Notes: a model not told the origin generated them from the letters alone. DNA of 64,000 bases from an uncultured Chloroflexia bacterium (GCA_963845925.1 CAWJUA010000025.1:88600-152599), one strand, 5' to 3'. Positions 8,330 to 18,150 are shown, counted from the stretch's first letter. Program-made: numbers and translations.

Positions 8330-11300
8330 TCAGCGACCGGCGCGGAGAACCAGCCCGCGGTACCCGGCGCTGAAGCCGGCTGCGACGAGCCGATCGCGCA
8401 GCGGCGACTCGCCGACCGGACCGCCGTCGACCTTCGTGATGACCAGCTCGCGGATTCGCCGATCGTCGACGAGCGCGTGGAGCGACCGCAGGGCCGCGTC
8501 GGCGATCTCCGGGTCGTCCGACGCCGGCAGCGTCTGGATCGTCCCGCCGCCGCGCTCGAGGTAGAGCGCCGCGGACCCGTCGACGATGGCGACGTAGGCC
8601 CCGGCCGCTCGCTGGAATGGCCGGCGGTCGGCCTCGCCGCGACGCGGCCAGGGAATCGCGGCGCCGTACGGGTTGGCCGGGTCGGCGGCGGCCAGCAGCC
8701 AGGTCTCGCGCTCGCCCGGCGCGCGGGCAGGTTCGCGGACCGCTCGGAGCCGCTCGAGCGCGCCGGCCAGCGCGAACTGGGCCGCGCCCAGCCCGTCGAC
8801 GAAGTAGCCACGCCGGATCCGGCCGGCCTCCTCGAGCATCCGCAGGATCGGGTAGACCGCCGAGAAGCCGCCCTCGACGCCCTCGCTCGCGACCGCCTCG
8901 CGGGTCACGACCCCGTGCCGGTCGAGCAGCGCGAGTGCCGTCGCGTGGAGTCGCTCGGTCGGCGTCGCGACGACGTCCTCGACGAGCGACCAGCGGCCGG
9001 CGGCCTCCGGCGGACCCAGCGACGTGAGACGGCCGGGCCGGCGCCGGACGTCGCGGGCGGGTCGCTTCCAGCGCAGCGCCCGGAGCGGGGCGAAGGTGTC
9101 GTTCGTGACCTCGCCTGCCCAGACCAGGTCCCAGAGCGCGTCGAGCACCTCGCGGTCGGAGCCGCCGCCGGCCGCGCTGAAGATCTCGCGGTAGAACGAG
9201 GCGCCCCGCCGGCCGAGGAGCTCGCGGATCGCCTCGTGGCGGGGACCGGCGGGGCGGTCGAGGCCGTCGGGGGCGCCGAGCGGCCGGGCGGCCTCGCGGC
9301 CGGGCCGGACGAGCGCGATCCGGCCATCGTCGCGGCCGAGGCTCCCCCGCCCCACCCACGCGACCTCGCCCATCGCCCCCAGCTCGTCGAGCAGCCGCGG
9401 CTGGTAGCCGGGGATCCGCGCCGGCAGGACGTCGCGCTCCAGCACGGATGCCGGGATCGGCAGGCCGGCGAGCTGGTCGACGACCTCGGCGAGGCGCTCG
9501 AGCGCGGCCGACGGCCGGAGCTCCGGGGCGGCCTCGCCGAACGCGGTGACGCCGTGCCAGGCGGGCAGGAACCGGCCGAGCGCGGCCGGGTCGACGGGTT
9601 CGACCTCGCGCCGCAGCCGGGCAAGGGACCGCCGGCGGAGGACCCGGAGCACGTCGGGGTCGAGCCACTCGCGCTCCGCGCCACCCGGCCGGAACTCGCC
9701 GCGGAGGATCGTGCCGTTCTCGAGCAGCCGCTCGAGGGCCGTCTCGACGACCCCGACCGGCAGCCCCCAGCGACGGGCGGGATCCGGGGTCAGGAACGGG
9801 CCGTGGGTCCGGGCGTAGCGGGCGAGCAGGCCTTCGAGCGCCGCCGCCGCCGGTCCCAGGAACGCGTCCGGAACGCCGACCGGCGGCGCCACGCCGACCC
9901 CGTCGCGGTACCGCGCCACGTCCTCGATCGCGATCCAGCGCTCCTCCCCGGCGATCCGGGCACGGACGGCGCGCCGCGACGCGACGAGGTCGACGATCCA
10001 CAGGTCCGCCACGGCCGCGCCGCCCTCGGAGCGGGCCGCCACCTCGTCGGCCGAGAGATCGCCCAGCCGCCGCAGCAGGTCGTGGAGCTGGTCGGCGGTC
10101 GTCGCCTTGCGGTCGTCGGTGAGCGCCTGGAGGCTCAGCTCGAGGTCGGCGAGCGCGTCGGGGTCGAGCAGCTCGCGCAGCTCCTCCTGGCCCAGCAGCT
10201 CGCGGAGCAGGTCGCGGTCGAGCGTCAGCGCGCCGGCCCGGCGCTCGGCCAGCGGCGCGTCGCCGTCGTACATGTAGGCGGCGACGTAGTCGAACAGCAG
10301 CGAGCTTGCGAATGGCGACGCCCGGGCGGTCTCGACGCCGTGGACCGTGATCTCCCGCGAGGCGACGCCGCCGAGCACGTCCCGCAGCGCGGGCAGGTCG
10401 AACACGTCCGAGAGGACCTCGCGATAGGTCTCGACGAGGATCGGAAAGGATCCGTAGCGGGAGGCGACCGCCAGCAGATCGGCGGCCCGCTGGCGCTGCT
10501 GCCAGAGCGGCGTCCGCGTCCCGGGCCGGCGGCGCGGCAGGAGCAGCGCCCGCGTCGCGTTCTCGCGGAAGCGCGACGCGAACAGCGCCGACGACGACAC
10601 CTGCGAGACGACGAGGTCTTCGACCTCCTCGGGGTCCGGGAACAACAGCTGGGCCACGCCCTCGAGCGCGACCTCGGAGTCGGGCAGGCGGATCGCGATC
10701 CCGTCGTCGGACCAGATCGTCTGGACCTCCGCACCCAGCTTCTCGCCGATCCGCGACTCGAGCGCGAGCGACCACGGAGCGTGGACGCGGCCACCGAACG
10801 GCGTCAGCAGCACGAGCCGCCAGTCGCCGAGCTCGTCCCGGAACCGCTCGACGACGATCCGCCGGTCAGTCGGCAGGGCGCCGACGACCTCCCGCTCGTC
10901 CTCGAGGTACGCGACGAGGTTCTCGGCCGCGAGCTCGTCGAGGTCGTGGTCGGCCCGCAGCCGGTCGGTCGCCGCCTTGCGCCCGCGGGCGCCTCGGTTG
11001 AGGTCGTCCTCGACCTCGCGGACGAACGCTCCGAGCGCCCGCCCCAGCTCGATCGGCCGACCGAGCGCGTCGCCGTGCCAGAACGGCAGCTTGCCGGGGA
11101 CGCCGGGCGCGGGCGACACCGTGACCCGGTCGTGGCCGATCTCCTCGATCCGCCACGAGCTCGCGCCGAGGGTGATGACCTCGCCGGCCCGGCTCTCGTA
11201 GACCATCTCCTCGTCGAGCTCGCCGACGCGCCGGCCTGGCGTCCCCGCCTCGCCGACCATGAATACGCCGTACAGCCCGCGGTCCGGGATCGTGCCGCCG

Positions 11301-12994
11301 CTGGTGATCGCGACGACGCGCGCGTCGCGCCGGCCCTCGACGACGTCAGTGACGCGGTCCCAGGTGATGCGCGGCTTCAGCTCGGCGAACTCGTCGGACG
11401 GGTAGGCGCCGGCGAGCATGTTCAACACGCCCTCGAGGACCTCGCGGCTGAGCGTCTCGTAGGGCGTGGCCCGGGTCACGGTCCGGAGGATGTCGTCGAC
11501 CGCCCACTTGTCCATGACCGTCATCGCGACGAGCTGCTGGGCGAGGACGTCGAGCGGGTTCCGCGGCAGCGTCGTCGCCTCGATCGCGCCGGCGTGCATC
11601 CGCTGGGCCACGACGGCCGCCTCGAGCAGGTCGCCACGGTACTTCGGGAAGATCACGCCCTTCGACGGGGCGCCGACTTGGTGGCCGGCCCGGCCGACCC
11701 GCTGCAGGCCGCGGGCGACGCTCGTCGGCGACTCGACCTGGATCACGAGGTCGACCGCGCCCATGTCGATGCCGAGCTCGAGAGAGCTCGTCGCGACGAG
11801 CGCCGGGAGGCGGCCGGCCTTGAGCTCCTCCTCGATTGCTAGCCGTTGCTCCCTTGCGATGCTGCCGTGGTGGGCGCGGACGAGCTCTTCGCCGGCCAGC
11901 TCGTTGAGGCGCTGGGCGAGGCGCTCGGCGAGACGGCGGCTGTTGGTGAAGACGATGGTCGACCGGTGTTGCCGGATCAGCTCGAGGATCGCCGGGTGGA
12001 TCGCGGGCCAGATGCTCGTCCTCGCCTCGGGGTTCGTCGCCGGGCCGCCGGGCTGCTGGTCGAGCGGCAGGACCTCGCCGGGCGCGGTCATGTCCTCGAT
12101 CGGGACGATGACCTGGAGCTCGAGCGGCTTGCGAGTGCCGGCATCGACGATCGTCACGTCGCGGCCGGGCCCGACGCCGCCGAGGAAGCGGGCGATCGTC
12201 TCGAGCGGGCGCTGCGTCGCGCTCAGGCCGATCCGCTGCGGTGGACGCCGCTTGTCGCCGCCGTCGGCGTCGCCCTTCGTGACGAGGTGGTCGAGGCGTT
12301 CGAGTGTCAGGGCGAGGTGGGCGCCGCGCTTCGAGCCGGCGATCGCGTGGACTTCGTCGACGATCACGTGCTCGACGCCGCTGAGGACCTCTCGGGCCTG
12401 GCTCGTGAGCATCAGGTAGAGCGACTCGGGCGTCGTGATGAGGATGTCCGGCGGGCGGCGAGCGATGTTGCGGCGATCCTCGGCCGGCGTGTCGCCGGTG
12501 CGGCTCGCGACCGTGATGTCGGGGACGGGCGCACCCAGGCGGGCGGCCGCGAGCGCGATCCCGGCGAGCGGGGCCCGGAGGTTGCGTTCGACGTCGTAGG
12601 TCAGCGCCTTGAGCGGGCTGATGTAGAGGACGCGGACCGAGCCCGTCTGGCCCTTGGCGGCGGGCGGCCGCGGGCGGGCGGCCAGCCGGTCGAGCGTCCA
12701 GAGGAACGCCGCGAGCGTCTTGCCGCTGCCGGTCGGGGCGTGGATCAGCGTGTGGCGGCCCTCGCTGATCGCCGCCCAGCCCTCGGCCTGCGCCTGGGTG
12801 GGCGCCTCGAACGTCGCCTCGAACCAGGCCCGGACGGCGGGGCTGAACGGGGCGAGCGGATCGGCGGTCGGCGGGGCAGTGGCCACGGGCTCAGCGTACC
12901 CCGATCCTCCGCCAGACCCTGACCACAATCCCGGGATCAGCCGGCGAAGGCCGGTCGCCGCGTCACCGTTCGCGGTCAACCGGCGGGCGCCCAA
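8330..12994 (-). CDS. lhr: Lhr-type ATP-dependent DNA helicase (large helicase-related protein)
   Basis: A 1554-aa ORF with Walker A 'APTGSGKT', DEVH box 'VIVDEVHAIAG', and an Lhr-core plus long C-terminal extension. nei lies immediately downstream, as in mycobacterial lhr-nei. The exact start is uncertain: TTG at 12994 or a GTG near 12878. Confidence 0.85.
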   Translation of the reverse strand: MGARRLTANGDAATGLRRLIPGLWSGSGGGSGYAEPVATAPPTADPLAPFSPAVRAWFEATFEAPTQAQAEGWAAISEGRHTLIHAPTGSGKTLAAFLWTLDRLAARPRPPAAKGQTGSVRVLYISPLKALTYDVERNLRAPLAGIALAAARLGAPVPDITVASRTGDTPAEDRRNIARRPPDILITTPESLYLMLTSQAREVLSGVEHVIVDEVHAIAGSKRGAHLALTLERLDHLVTKGDADGGDKRRPPQRIGLSATQRPLETIARFLGGVGPGRDVTIVDAGTRKPLELQVIVPIEDMTAPGEVLPLDQQPGGPATNPEARTSIWPAIHPAILELIRQHRSTIVFTNSRRLAERLAQRLNELAGEELVRAHHGSIAREQRLAIEEELKAGRLPALVATSSLELGIDMGAVDLVIQVESPTSVARGLQRVGRAGHQVGAPSKGVIFPKYRGDLLEAAVVAQRMHAGAIEATTLPRNPLDVLAQQLVAMTVMDKWAVDDILRTVTRATPYETLSREVLEGVLNMLAGAYPSDEFAELKPRITWDRVTDVVEGRRDARVVAITSGGTIPDRGLYGVFMVGEAGTPGRRVGELDEEMVYESRAGEVITLGASSWRIEEIGHDRVTVSPAPGVPGKLPFWHGDALGRPIELGRALGAFVREVEDDLNRGARGRKAATDRLRADHDLDELAAENLVAYLEDEREVVGALPTDRRIVVERFRDELGDWRLVLLTPFGGRVHAPWSLALESRIGEKLGAEVQTIWSDDGIAIRLPDSEVALEGVAQLLFPDPEEVEDLVVSQVSSSALFASRFRENATRALLLPRRRPGTRTPLWQQRQRAADLLAVASRYGSFPILVETYREVLSDVFDLPALRDVLGGVASREITVHGVETARASPFASSLLFDYVAAYMYDGDAPLAERRAGALTLDRDLLRELLGQEELRELLDPDALADLELSLQALTDDRKATTADQLHDLLRRLGDLSADEVAARSEGGAAVADLWIVDLVASRRAVRARIAGEERWIAIEDVARYRDGVGVAPPVGVPDAFLGPAAAALEGLLARYARTHGPFLTPDPARRWGLPVGVVETALERLLENGTILRGEFRPGGAEREWLDPDVLRVLRRRSLARLRREVEPVDPAALGRFLPAWHGVTAFGEAAPELRPSAALERLAEVVDQLAGLPIPASVLERDVLPARIPGYQPRLLDELGAMGEVAWVGRGSLGRDDGRIALVRPGREAARPLGAPDGLDRPAGPRHEAIRELLGRRGASFYREIFSAAGGGSDREVLDALWDLVWAGEVTNDTFAPLRALRWKRPARDVRRRPGRLTSLGPPEAAGRWSLVEDVVATPTERLHATALALLDRHGVVTREAVASEGVEGGFSAVYPILRMLEEAGRIRRGYFVDGLGAAQFALAGALERLRAVREPARAPGERETWLLAAADPANPYGAAIPWPRRGEADRRPFQRAAGAYVAIVDGSAALYLERGGGTIQTLPASDDPEIADAALRSLHALVDDRRIRELVITKVDGGPVGESPLRDRLVAAGFSAGYRGLVLRAGR

Positions 12995-14136
12995 CTGTAC
13001 GTGGCGTAGTTCGACGGCTCGTGCGTCACCTGGCCGATCCAGCGTCCCTCCAGGTCCATGATCCAGAGCTCACGGGGTCCGTCGAGTGTCGTGTCGCTAT
13101 CCCGCGGGACGAGGAGGTACTTCCCGTCCGGGGACCACACAGCGGCGTTCGCCTCGTCCGTTTCGACCGGCGCCGTGATCTCGTGGTCATCGGTGCCGTC
13201 GGGCCGGACGAGCGCGACCGCTGTGGTGTGACCATGGAAGCGCGTGTACGTGAGCCATTCGCCCGTGGGTGACCACTGGACGGCCCAGGCATAGCCGGTC
13301 CGAGGCGTGATCGCCGTGGCATCGCCGCCCTCGAGGTCGACGACCCAGACGCCGTTGTCCACGCCGAACGCCGCTTGTCGACCGTCCGGTGAGAGGCTGG
13401 CGACGGGCATGCCTACGTCCTCGAGCTTGCTTCCGATCGGGTTGAGCTGGCGAAGGCTGCTGCCATCCGAGTTGATGACATACAGGTCGCCAGCGTGCGT
13501 GACGCCACCGAGAGGTCCGGTGTCGACGAAGAACACGATCTTCGACCCGTCCGGGGTGACGCCCAAGGGCCCCGCGCCGCCCCAGCCCTCGAGGAGCGGC
13601 GTCACCTGCCTCGCGTCCGTGACGGTAGGCGATGCGATCCAGAGCCCGGTATTGGCCCGAACTGTCTCGTCCACGCCCTCGAAGGCGAGGGCGCGTCCGT
13701 CCGAGCTCGTCGCGCCGATGTAGAGGTTCAGCGTAGCGATCGATGGGTCGGTCGTGACGTGGTCAGTCCCGTCCAGGTTCATCGTCAGGAGCGACCACGT
13801 CCCGTGCCCGGTCTCCCCGATGGTGAGGATACGTTTCCCGTCGGCCGAGAGGTGCGCGCATGAGCAGCCTTCCGCCTCGTAGACGGCTGTCTCGTTCGAG
13901 CCATCAGTGTTGATCGTGAAGTAGCGCTCGACCTCGTCAGCGCCGGTGCGGTGGAACAGGACCCGACCGTCCGGCAGGGACGCCGGCGTGGCGATGCCGC
14001 TCGGGACCGCCGCCGGTGACGGAGAAGTAGCCGGGCCAACCGTGGCTTCTGGTGATGCGGATGGGGTCGCGATCCCGCTTGTGCAGCCCGCCGTGATCAC
14101 GGCGATGCAGGTCGCCACGACGACCTGACGTCTCAT
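12976..14136 (-). CDS. secreted/lipoprotein with TolB-like (PD40) beta-propeller repeats
   Basis: The ATG at 14136 gives the signal 'MRRQVVVATCIAVITAGC'. Repeated 'SPDG..' and 'DG..L.F' beta-propeller blade motifs follow. It starts 20 nt after the anti-sigma stop. Confidence 0.7.
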   Translation of the reverse strand: MRRQVVVATCIAVITAGCTSGIATPSASPEATVGPATSPSPAAVPSGIATPASLPDGRVLFHRTGADEVERYFTINTDGSNETAVYEAEGCSCAHLSADGKRILTIGETGHGTWSLLTMNLDGTDHVTTDPSIATLNLYIGATSSDGRALAFEGVDETVRANTGLWIASPTVTDARQVTPLLEGWGGAGPLGVTPDGSKIVFFVDTGPLGGVTHAGDLYVINSDGSSLRQLNPIGSKLEDVGMPVASLSPDGRQAAFGVDNGVWVVDLEGGDATAITPRTGYAWAVQWSPTGEWLTYTRFHGHTTAVALVRPDGTDDHEITAPVETDEANAAVWSPDGKYLLVPRDSDTTLDGPRELWIMDLEGRWIGQVTHEPSNYATYSWAPAG

Positions 14137-14156
14137 TGAACCAGCCGCCACGCAAG

Positions 14157-15554
14157 TCACGGGACCCGCCAGATGCCCTGTCGGTAGACATCGAGGTACG
14201 AAGCCTGGTCAAGAATCGTCCCGATCGTGGAGCTCTGGAGGTTCTCGACGTCCATCCGCACGAGGATCAAGTCACTGTCTTGGCTGCTGATGGAGACAAG
14301 TGCTCGACTGTCGCCCGACCAGGTCGTCGACTCGTTGACTTCACCAGGAATGCGGGTCGGTGTCCCGCCCGATGTCGGCACCAGATAGCCGACCTCCGTG
14401 AAGTCGTTGCCGGGCACGTCGCCACGTTCGCCGCCGTGATATGCCAACCAGCGCCCATCCGGCGAGAAGACTCCCGTCGTGCTGACGATTTCGATCTCGG
14501 CGTCGGCGAAGCGCCCGAGGAGACTCGACGTTTGCGATTCGACGTCGAAGGAGTACGCCTCGCCCCGGTCGGTTGCAACGACGAGGTGGCGATCATCGGT
14601 CCAGCTGAACGCCAGGGGATCGCCGCCTGTCATGAACCTCACCGGAGCAGTCGTGCCGGCGGCATTGAGGATCGTGAGGCTGAAGTCGCAATCGACCGCA
14701 ATCCTCTCGCCAGACGGCGACCACTGCATCTGGAAGCTCGAGTACTGGCTGCCGCAGAGCTGGTTGACGCTCGCGCTGGTCTCGAGATCGAGCGTGGTGA
14801 CCGTTCCGGGGTCCCACGATCGGGAATATGCGATCCGGCGGCCGTCGGGCGAGAAGGCCCCCGTGAGGAGGCGACCAGTGCCGAACATCACTTGTCGGAT
14901 CGCTCCCGAGCCGTCTGTCCGGACGAGGTAAAGGCCATCGCATTCAGTACTGGAATTGCCGCCGGAGCCGAGTTCGATCAGGGCGTTCGATCCGTCGGGC
15001 GAGATGTCAAGGACGTCCATGAAGACGGGAACGGGCGAGAGCGATGCGATCAGGGTTGCCGACGATTGGCCCGGATTGACGGCCCACAGCCGGGGCGACC
15101 GACCGGCCACGTAGACCCCACGACTCTGGCCCATTCCCTGGAGGCCCTTACCGTCGACGGCGGGTAGGGCGTCGCCAGCTGTCAAACAGGGTCCGAGACT
15201 GGACGACGGCGTCACGAGCGGCGGAGTCGGGCTGGCGACGACGGCACCACTCGGAGAAGCGGTCGCAGTAGGCGTCGAGCTTGCCGTCGGCGGCACGATC
15301 GACGGCGGGACCGACGGCACCTTGACGATGCCCGACCCGACCAGGAGTGATCCGCCCACGATCGCAGTGGCCACGAGGGCCGCGGCGGCGAGCAGCGCGA
15401 CCTCGCGCCGGGACCGGAACCTTCGCCCCGGAAGCACCGACACGCGGGGGATCGTCATCAGACCTGCCCGCAGGGCGGTTGGCGCGGTCTCGTCGGCCGG
15501 GATCTCGGCGCGGTACCAGTCCCGCAGGCGCAGTTCGAGCTGGTCGTCGGTCAT
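14157..15554 (-). CDS. membrane-anchored putative anti-sigma factor with extracytoplasmic PD40/TolB-like beta-propeller domain
   Basis: The protein starts 'MTDDQLELRLRDWY..' with a ~50-aa cytoplasmic segment, one TM helix, a Pro/Ser/Thr linker and 'SPDG' propeller repeats. Its ATG overlaps the sigma-factor stop as ATGA. The anti-sigma role is inferred from position only. Confidence 0.55.
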   Translation of the reverse strand: MTDDQLELRLRDWYRAEIPADETAPTALRAGLMTIPRVSVLPGRRFRSRREVALLAAAALVATAIVGGSLLVGSGIVKVPSVPPSIVPPTASSTPTATASPSGAVVASPTPPLVTPSSSLGPCLTAGDALPAVDGKGLQGMGQSRGVYVAGRSPRLWAVNPGQSSATLIASLSPVPVFMDVLDISPDGSNALIELGSGGNSSTECDGLYLVRTDGSGAIRQVMFGTGRLLTGAFSPDGRRIAYSRSWDPGTVTTLDLETSASVNQLCGSQYSSFQMQWSPSGERIAVDCDFSLTILNAAGTTAPVRFMTGGDPLAFSWTDDRHLVVATDRGEAYSFDVESQTSSLLGRFADAEIEIVSTTGVFSPDGRWLAYHGGERGDVPGNDFTEVGYLVPTSGGTPTRIPGEVNESTTWSGDSRALVSISSQDSDLILVRMDVENLQSSTIGTILDQASYLDVYRQGIWRVP

Positions 15555-16090
15555 CGGATGGTTCCCTTGCCGTCGGCGGTGTCGATGGCGGCGTGGAGGC
15601 GCTTCAGGGCGTAATGGAGGCGCGACTGGACCGTGCCCGCCGGGATGCCCAACCGGCCGGCGATCTCGTCGACCGGCAGGTCGCGGTAGTAGCGGAGGGC
15701 GACGACCACGCGGTGATCCGGCGACAGCGCGGCGATCGCGTTGGCCAGGACATCGCGGTCGTTGGCCTGACCGAACTGGTCGCCGGCGGTGATGGCGACC
15801 TCGGCCGAGATGTCGGTCGCCTGGCGGCGGGTGGACCGCAGCCGGTCGCGGCAGGTGTTGACGAGGATCCGGTCGAACCACGGCTCGAACCGGGCCGGGT
15901 CGCGCAGCGTCGACCACTTCCGCCAGGCCTGCTCGAACGCGTCGTGGGTGGCGTCCTGTGCGTCGGTCGCGTCGTGCAGGATCGCGCGCGCGAGGCGGTA
16001 GGCAGAGTCGAGGTGCTCGTCGGCCAGGCGCAGGAAGGCCTGCGCGCGCTCGGTCGGCTGTCCGGCCAGGGCGGGCCGGCTGTCTGCCAT
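15551..16090 (-). CDS. ECF (sigma-70 family) RNA polymerase sigma factor
   Basis: It has a sigma-70 region 2 ('THDAFEQAWRKW..FEPWFDRILVNTCRDRLRS') and region 4 ('VVVALRYYRDLPVDEIAGRLGIPAGTVQSRLHYALKRL'). The start is the ATG at ~16090 ('MADSRPA'). Confidence 0.8.
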   Translation of the reverse strand: MADSRPALAGQPTERAQAFLRLADEHLDSAYRLARAILHDATDAQDATHDAFEQAWRKWSTLRDPARFEPWFDRILVNTCRDRLRSTRRQATDISAEVAITAGDQFGQANDRDVLANAIAALSPDHRVVVALRYYRDLPVDEIAGRLGIPAGTVQSRLHYALKRLHAAIDTADGKGTIR

Positions 16091-16289
16091 CTCGATGACC
16101 TCGGACGATCGCCTCACGATGACATGACGATCCAGCCGGGCCAAACCTTCACGACAGAAATCCCGACCCTCGCGGGCCGGGGCTCACGCTCGGGCGTGCC
16201 TGAACGGATTTGTCGTGTTAGCCGACGAGTCCAAGCACCCGTCGTTCGAGGCTCGACCAGGGTCGAGCACGGAGGATCGGGACGGTCGG

Positions 16290-17441
16290 TCAGGCGCCCG
16301 TCGCGCGAGGCACGGGCACCCCACGGACCAGCGAGACGCCGATCGCGACCCAGGTCACCGGGTAGAGGATTCCAAGGGGGGCGAGGAACGTGACCCCAAC
16401 GAGAGCGACCGCGAGACCGATCACGCTTGCCGCGTGCGCGATCGCGAGGAGCCATGGAACGACGCCGATGCGGGCGAGATCCCACATCAGCATGGCCGAC
16501 CCGACCGGAAGCGTCACGATCAACGGGTGACCGCCCGCGATGATCAAGAAGGCTCCCCATGCCGCCAACAGGGCACCGGCGACGCTCAGCAGGCTGACTC
16601 GATCCTGGAACCGCCAGGCAAGGCCGAGGGCGGCTGCCAAGAACGCCATCGCCCCCAGAACCAGGAGTACCACGGTGCCGCCCCAGGTCCACATGGCGTC
16701 GCCGAAGAGACCGGAGAGGATCAGCAGGAACCCCGGAGATGACCCGGCTACGACGGCGAGCACACCGAGGATGCTGGTGCTCATTGCCGGGCTCCTCGCC
16801 AGTCTCGCTGCCGGCGCGTGTCCGCGGTACGCCAGGCGCCAACTGATGTCGGCGGGCATCCCGAAGAGGAGGCGCAGCAGGAGGTTCGCGTCGAGCGAGC
16901 GCGCCGAGCGCCCGAGCGCCGCCGCCTCCTCGTGCTCGCACCACAGGTCGTCGTCGACCTCGTCGCGACGCGCGGCGCGCGGCTCCGGAGGCAGGCCGCG
17001 GGTATAGAGACCGACCCAGCCGCGAACGAGGCCGACGACCGGCGAGCCGTTCATGACGGCTGGACCGCCGCGGAGCGCGGGGGCGTTGCGTCGCGCTCGG
17101 CCGACGATCGCCTCGGCGAGCGCGGCCTCGCCGTTGAGCGTCAGCCGATAGAAGCGCCGCCGGGGTCGGCCGTCGCCCGCGGCGACCAGCGGATCTTCCC
17201 AGCGGCTGGCGAGACAGCCGGCGCGTTCGAGGCGATCGAGCGCCTTGTAGAGCGTGCCGTAGGCAGTCAGCCGGCGCGCGTGCCGCCCGTCGCGCAGCTC
17301 CTTGGCCAACAGGAAGCCATGAGCCTCTGCGATCCCGCGCCCGCGAAGCTCCAGGACGGCCGCGAGGATCGAGACCTCGAGCGGGACGAGCGTCCCTTCC
17401 TTGCGTCGCACGAGCGGCAGAATAGGAAGATATCGGCCCAT
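16290..17441 (-). CDS. PadR-family transcriptional regulator fused to a C-terminal multi-pass membrane domain
   Basis: The N-terminus has a PadR winged helix ('LVPLEVSILAAVLELRG..LYKALDRLERAGCL..RRFYRLTLNGEAAL'). The C-terminal ~200 aa contain four to five hydrophobic TM helices. ATG at 17441; TTG at 17459 is an alternative. Confidence 0.7.
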   Translation of the reverse strand: MGRYLPILPLVRRKEGTLVPLEVSILAAVLELRGRGIAEAHGFLLAKELRDGRHARRLTAYGTLYKALDRLERAGCLASRWEDPLVAAGDGRPRRRFYRLTLNGEAALAEAIVGRARRNAPALRGGPAVMNGSPVVGLVRGWVGLYTRGLPPEPRAARRDEVDDDLWCEHEEAAALGRSARSLDANLLLRLLFGMPADISWRLAYRGHAPAARLARSPAMSTSILGVLAVVAGSSPGFLLILSGLFGDAMWTWGGTVVLLVLGAMAFLAAALGLAWRFQDRVSLLSVAGALLAAWGAFLIIAGGHPLIVTLPVGSAMLMWDLARIGVVPWLLAIAHAASVIGLAVALVGVTFLAPLGILYPVTWVAIGVSLVRGVPVPRATGA

Positions 17442-17466
17442 CGTCAAGAGGCGACGCAATCTGACA

Positions 17467-17478
17467 ATATGAACATAT
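17467..17478. promoter_or_regulatory. inverted repeat ATATG-aa-CATAT immediately upstream of the PadR gene; candidate operator
   Basis: 5-bp arms with a 2-nt spacer, 26 nt upstream of the PadR ATG. It is AT-rich against a 70% GC background. PadR operators are typically short ATGT/ACAT-containing inverted repeats. Confidence 0.35.
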
Positions 17479-17664
17479 CGGCGCGCCGTTCACCCGAGGT
17501 CAGCCGCCTTATCGCTTGGCCGGTGTCCCAGGGGATCGTCGCTCCAACCGAACCAGTCGACGTCCCGTTCGGCTCTAGCCTCCGAGCGACGAGGGTTCCC
17601 GCACGACAGAGCGGGCGGCGGTTTGATCCGCAGCCCGCTCGGTGAGCGTCGTTGCGTCGGTCCG

Positions 17665-18150
17665 CTAGGGCCCTGATGGAGCAACCTGGAGCTCGATCGC
17701 GACCCCGGGAAGCGGATGCGACGAGTAGTGCCCTTGCGTCACCGGGAGCGACACCGCACTGCCCAGGACCGGCCCGAGGTCGACGACGTAATAGCCGTTC
17801 GGGTCCGCGAACAGGATCCCGCCGACGGGCGTCGGCGAGAACGTCCAATTGAACTCGCCACGGATCGAGGAGGCGCCGCCGCCCTCGCCGCGAACGTGAC
17901 CGCATACCGAGCCGGCAACGTCGGCGGTGCCGTTTGCGTCGATCTCGATCCACAACCACACGCCGCCCATTCCGAACCCGACCGGGGGCGGCTGGCAGCC
18001 CGGGAAGTCGGGGTTGTTGCAGTTCAGTGACAGCTCGATCTGAGCAAGCGGCTGGTCCGCGTGACCGTACGCTGCCACGGCGCCCGGAGCGAAGCCCACG
18101 CTCGCGATGGCCAGCAAGCCGGCGATCAATGCAACACGAACGATCCTCAT
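17665..18150 (-). CDS. secreted hypothetical protein (161 aa, signal peptide)
   Basis: The N-terminus 'MRIVRVALIAGLLAIASVGFAPGAVAA' is a signal peptide. The mature part is Gly-rich and unrecognised. It is on the same strand and just upstream of the PadR gene. Confidence 0.5.
   Translation of the reverse strand: MRIVRVALIAGLLAIASVGFAPGAVAAYGHADQPLAQIELSLNCNNPDFPGCQPPPVGFGMGGVWLWIEIDANGTADVAGSVCGHVRGEGGGASSIRGEFNWTFSPTPVGGILFADPNGYYVVDLGPVLGSAVSLPVTQGHYSSHPLPGVAIELQVAPSGP

Noticed and set aside
7731-11842. 1014-aa minus-strand and 1121-aa plus-strand ORFs overlapping the lhr/nei region
   Set aside because: Both are composition artefacts of 70% GC DNA with few stops. Only the C-terminal 193 aa of the minus ORF (Nei) and the separate lhr frame 8330..12994 have protein-like sequence.
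16114-17493. 459-aa minus-strand ORF covering the PadR gene region
   Set aside because: It is an alternative frame of the PadR-TM gene with Arg/Pro-rich nonsense translation. The 16290..17441 frame carries the PadR motifs and TM helices.
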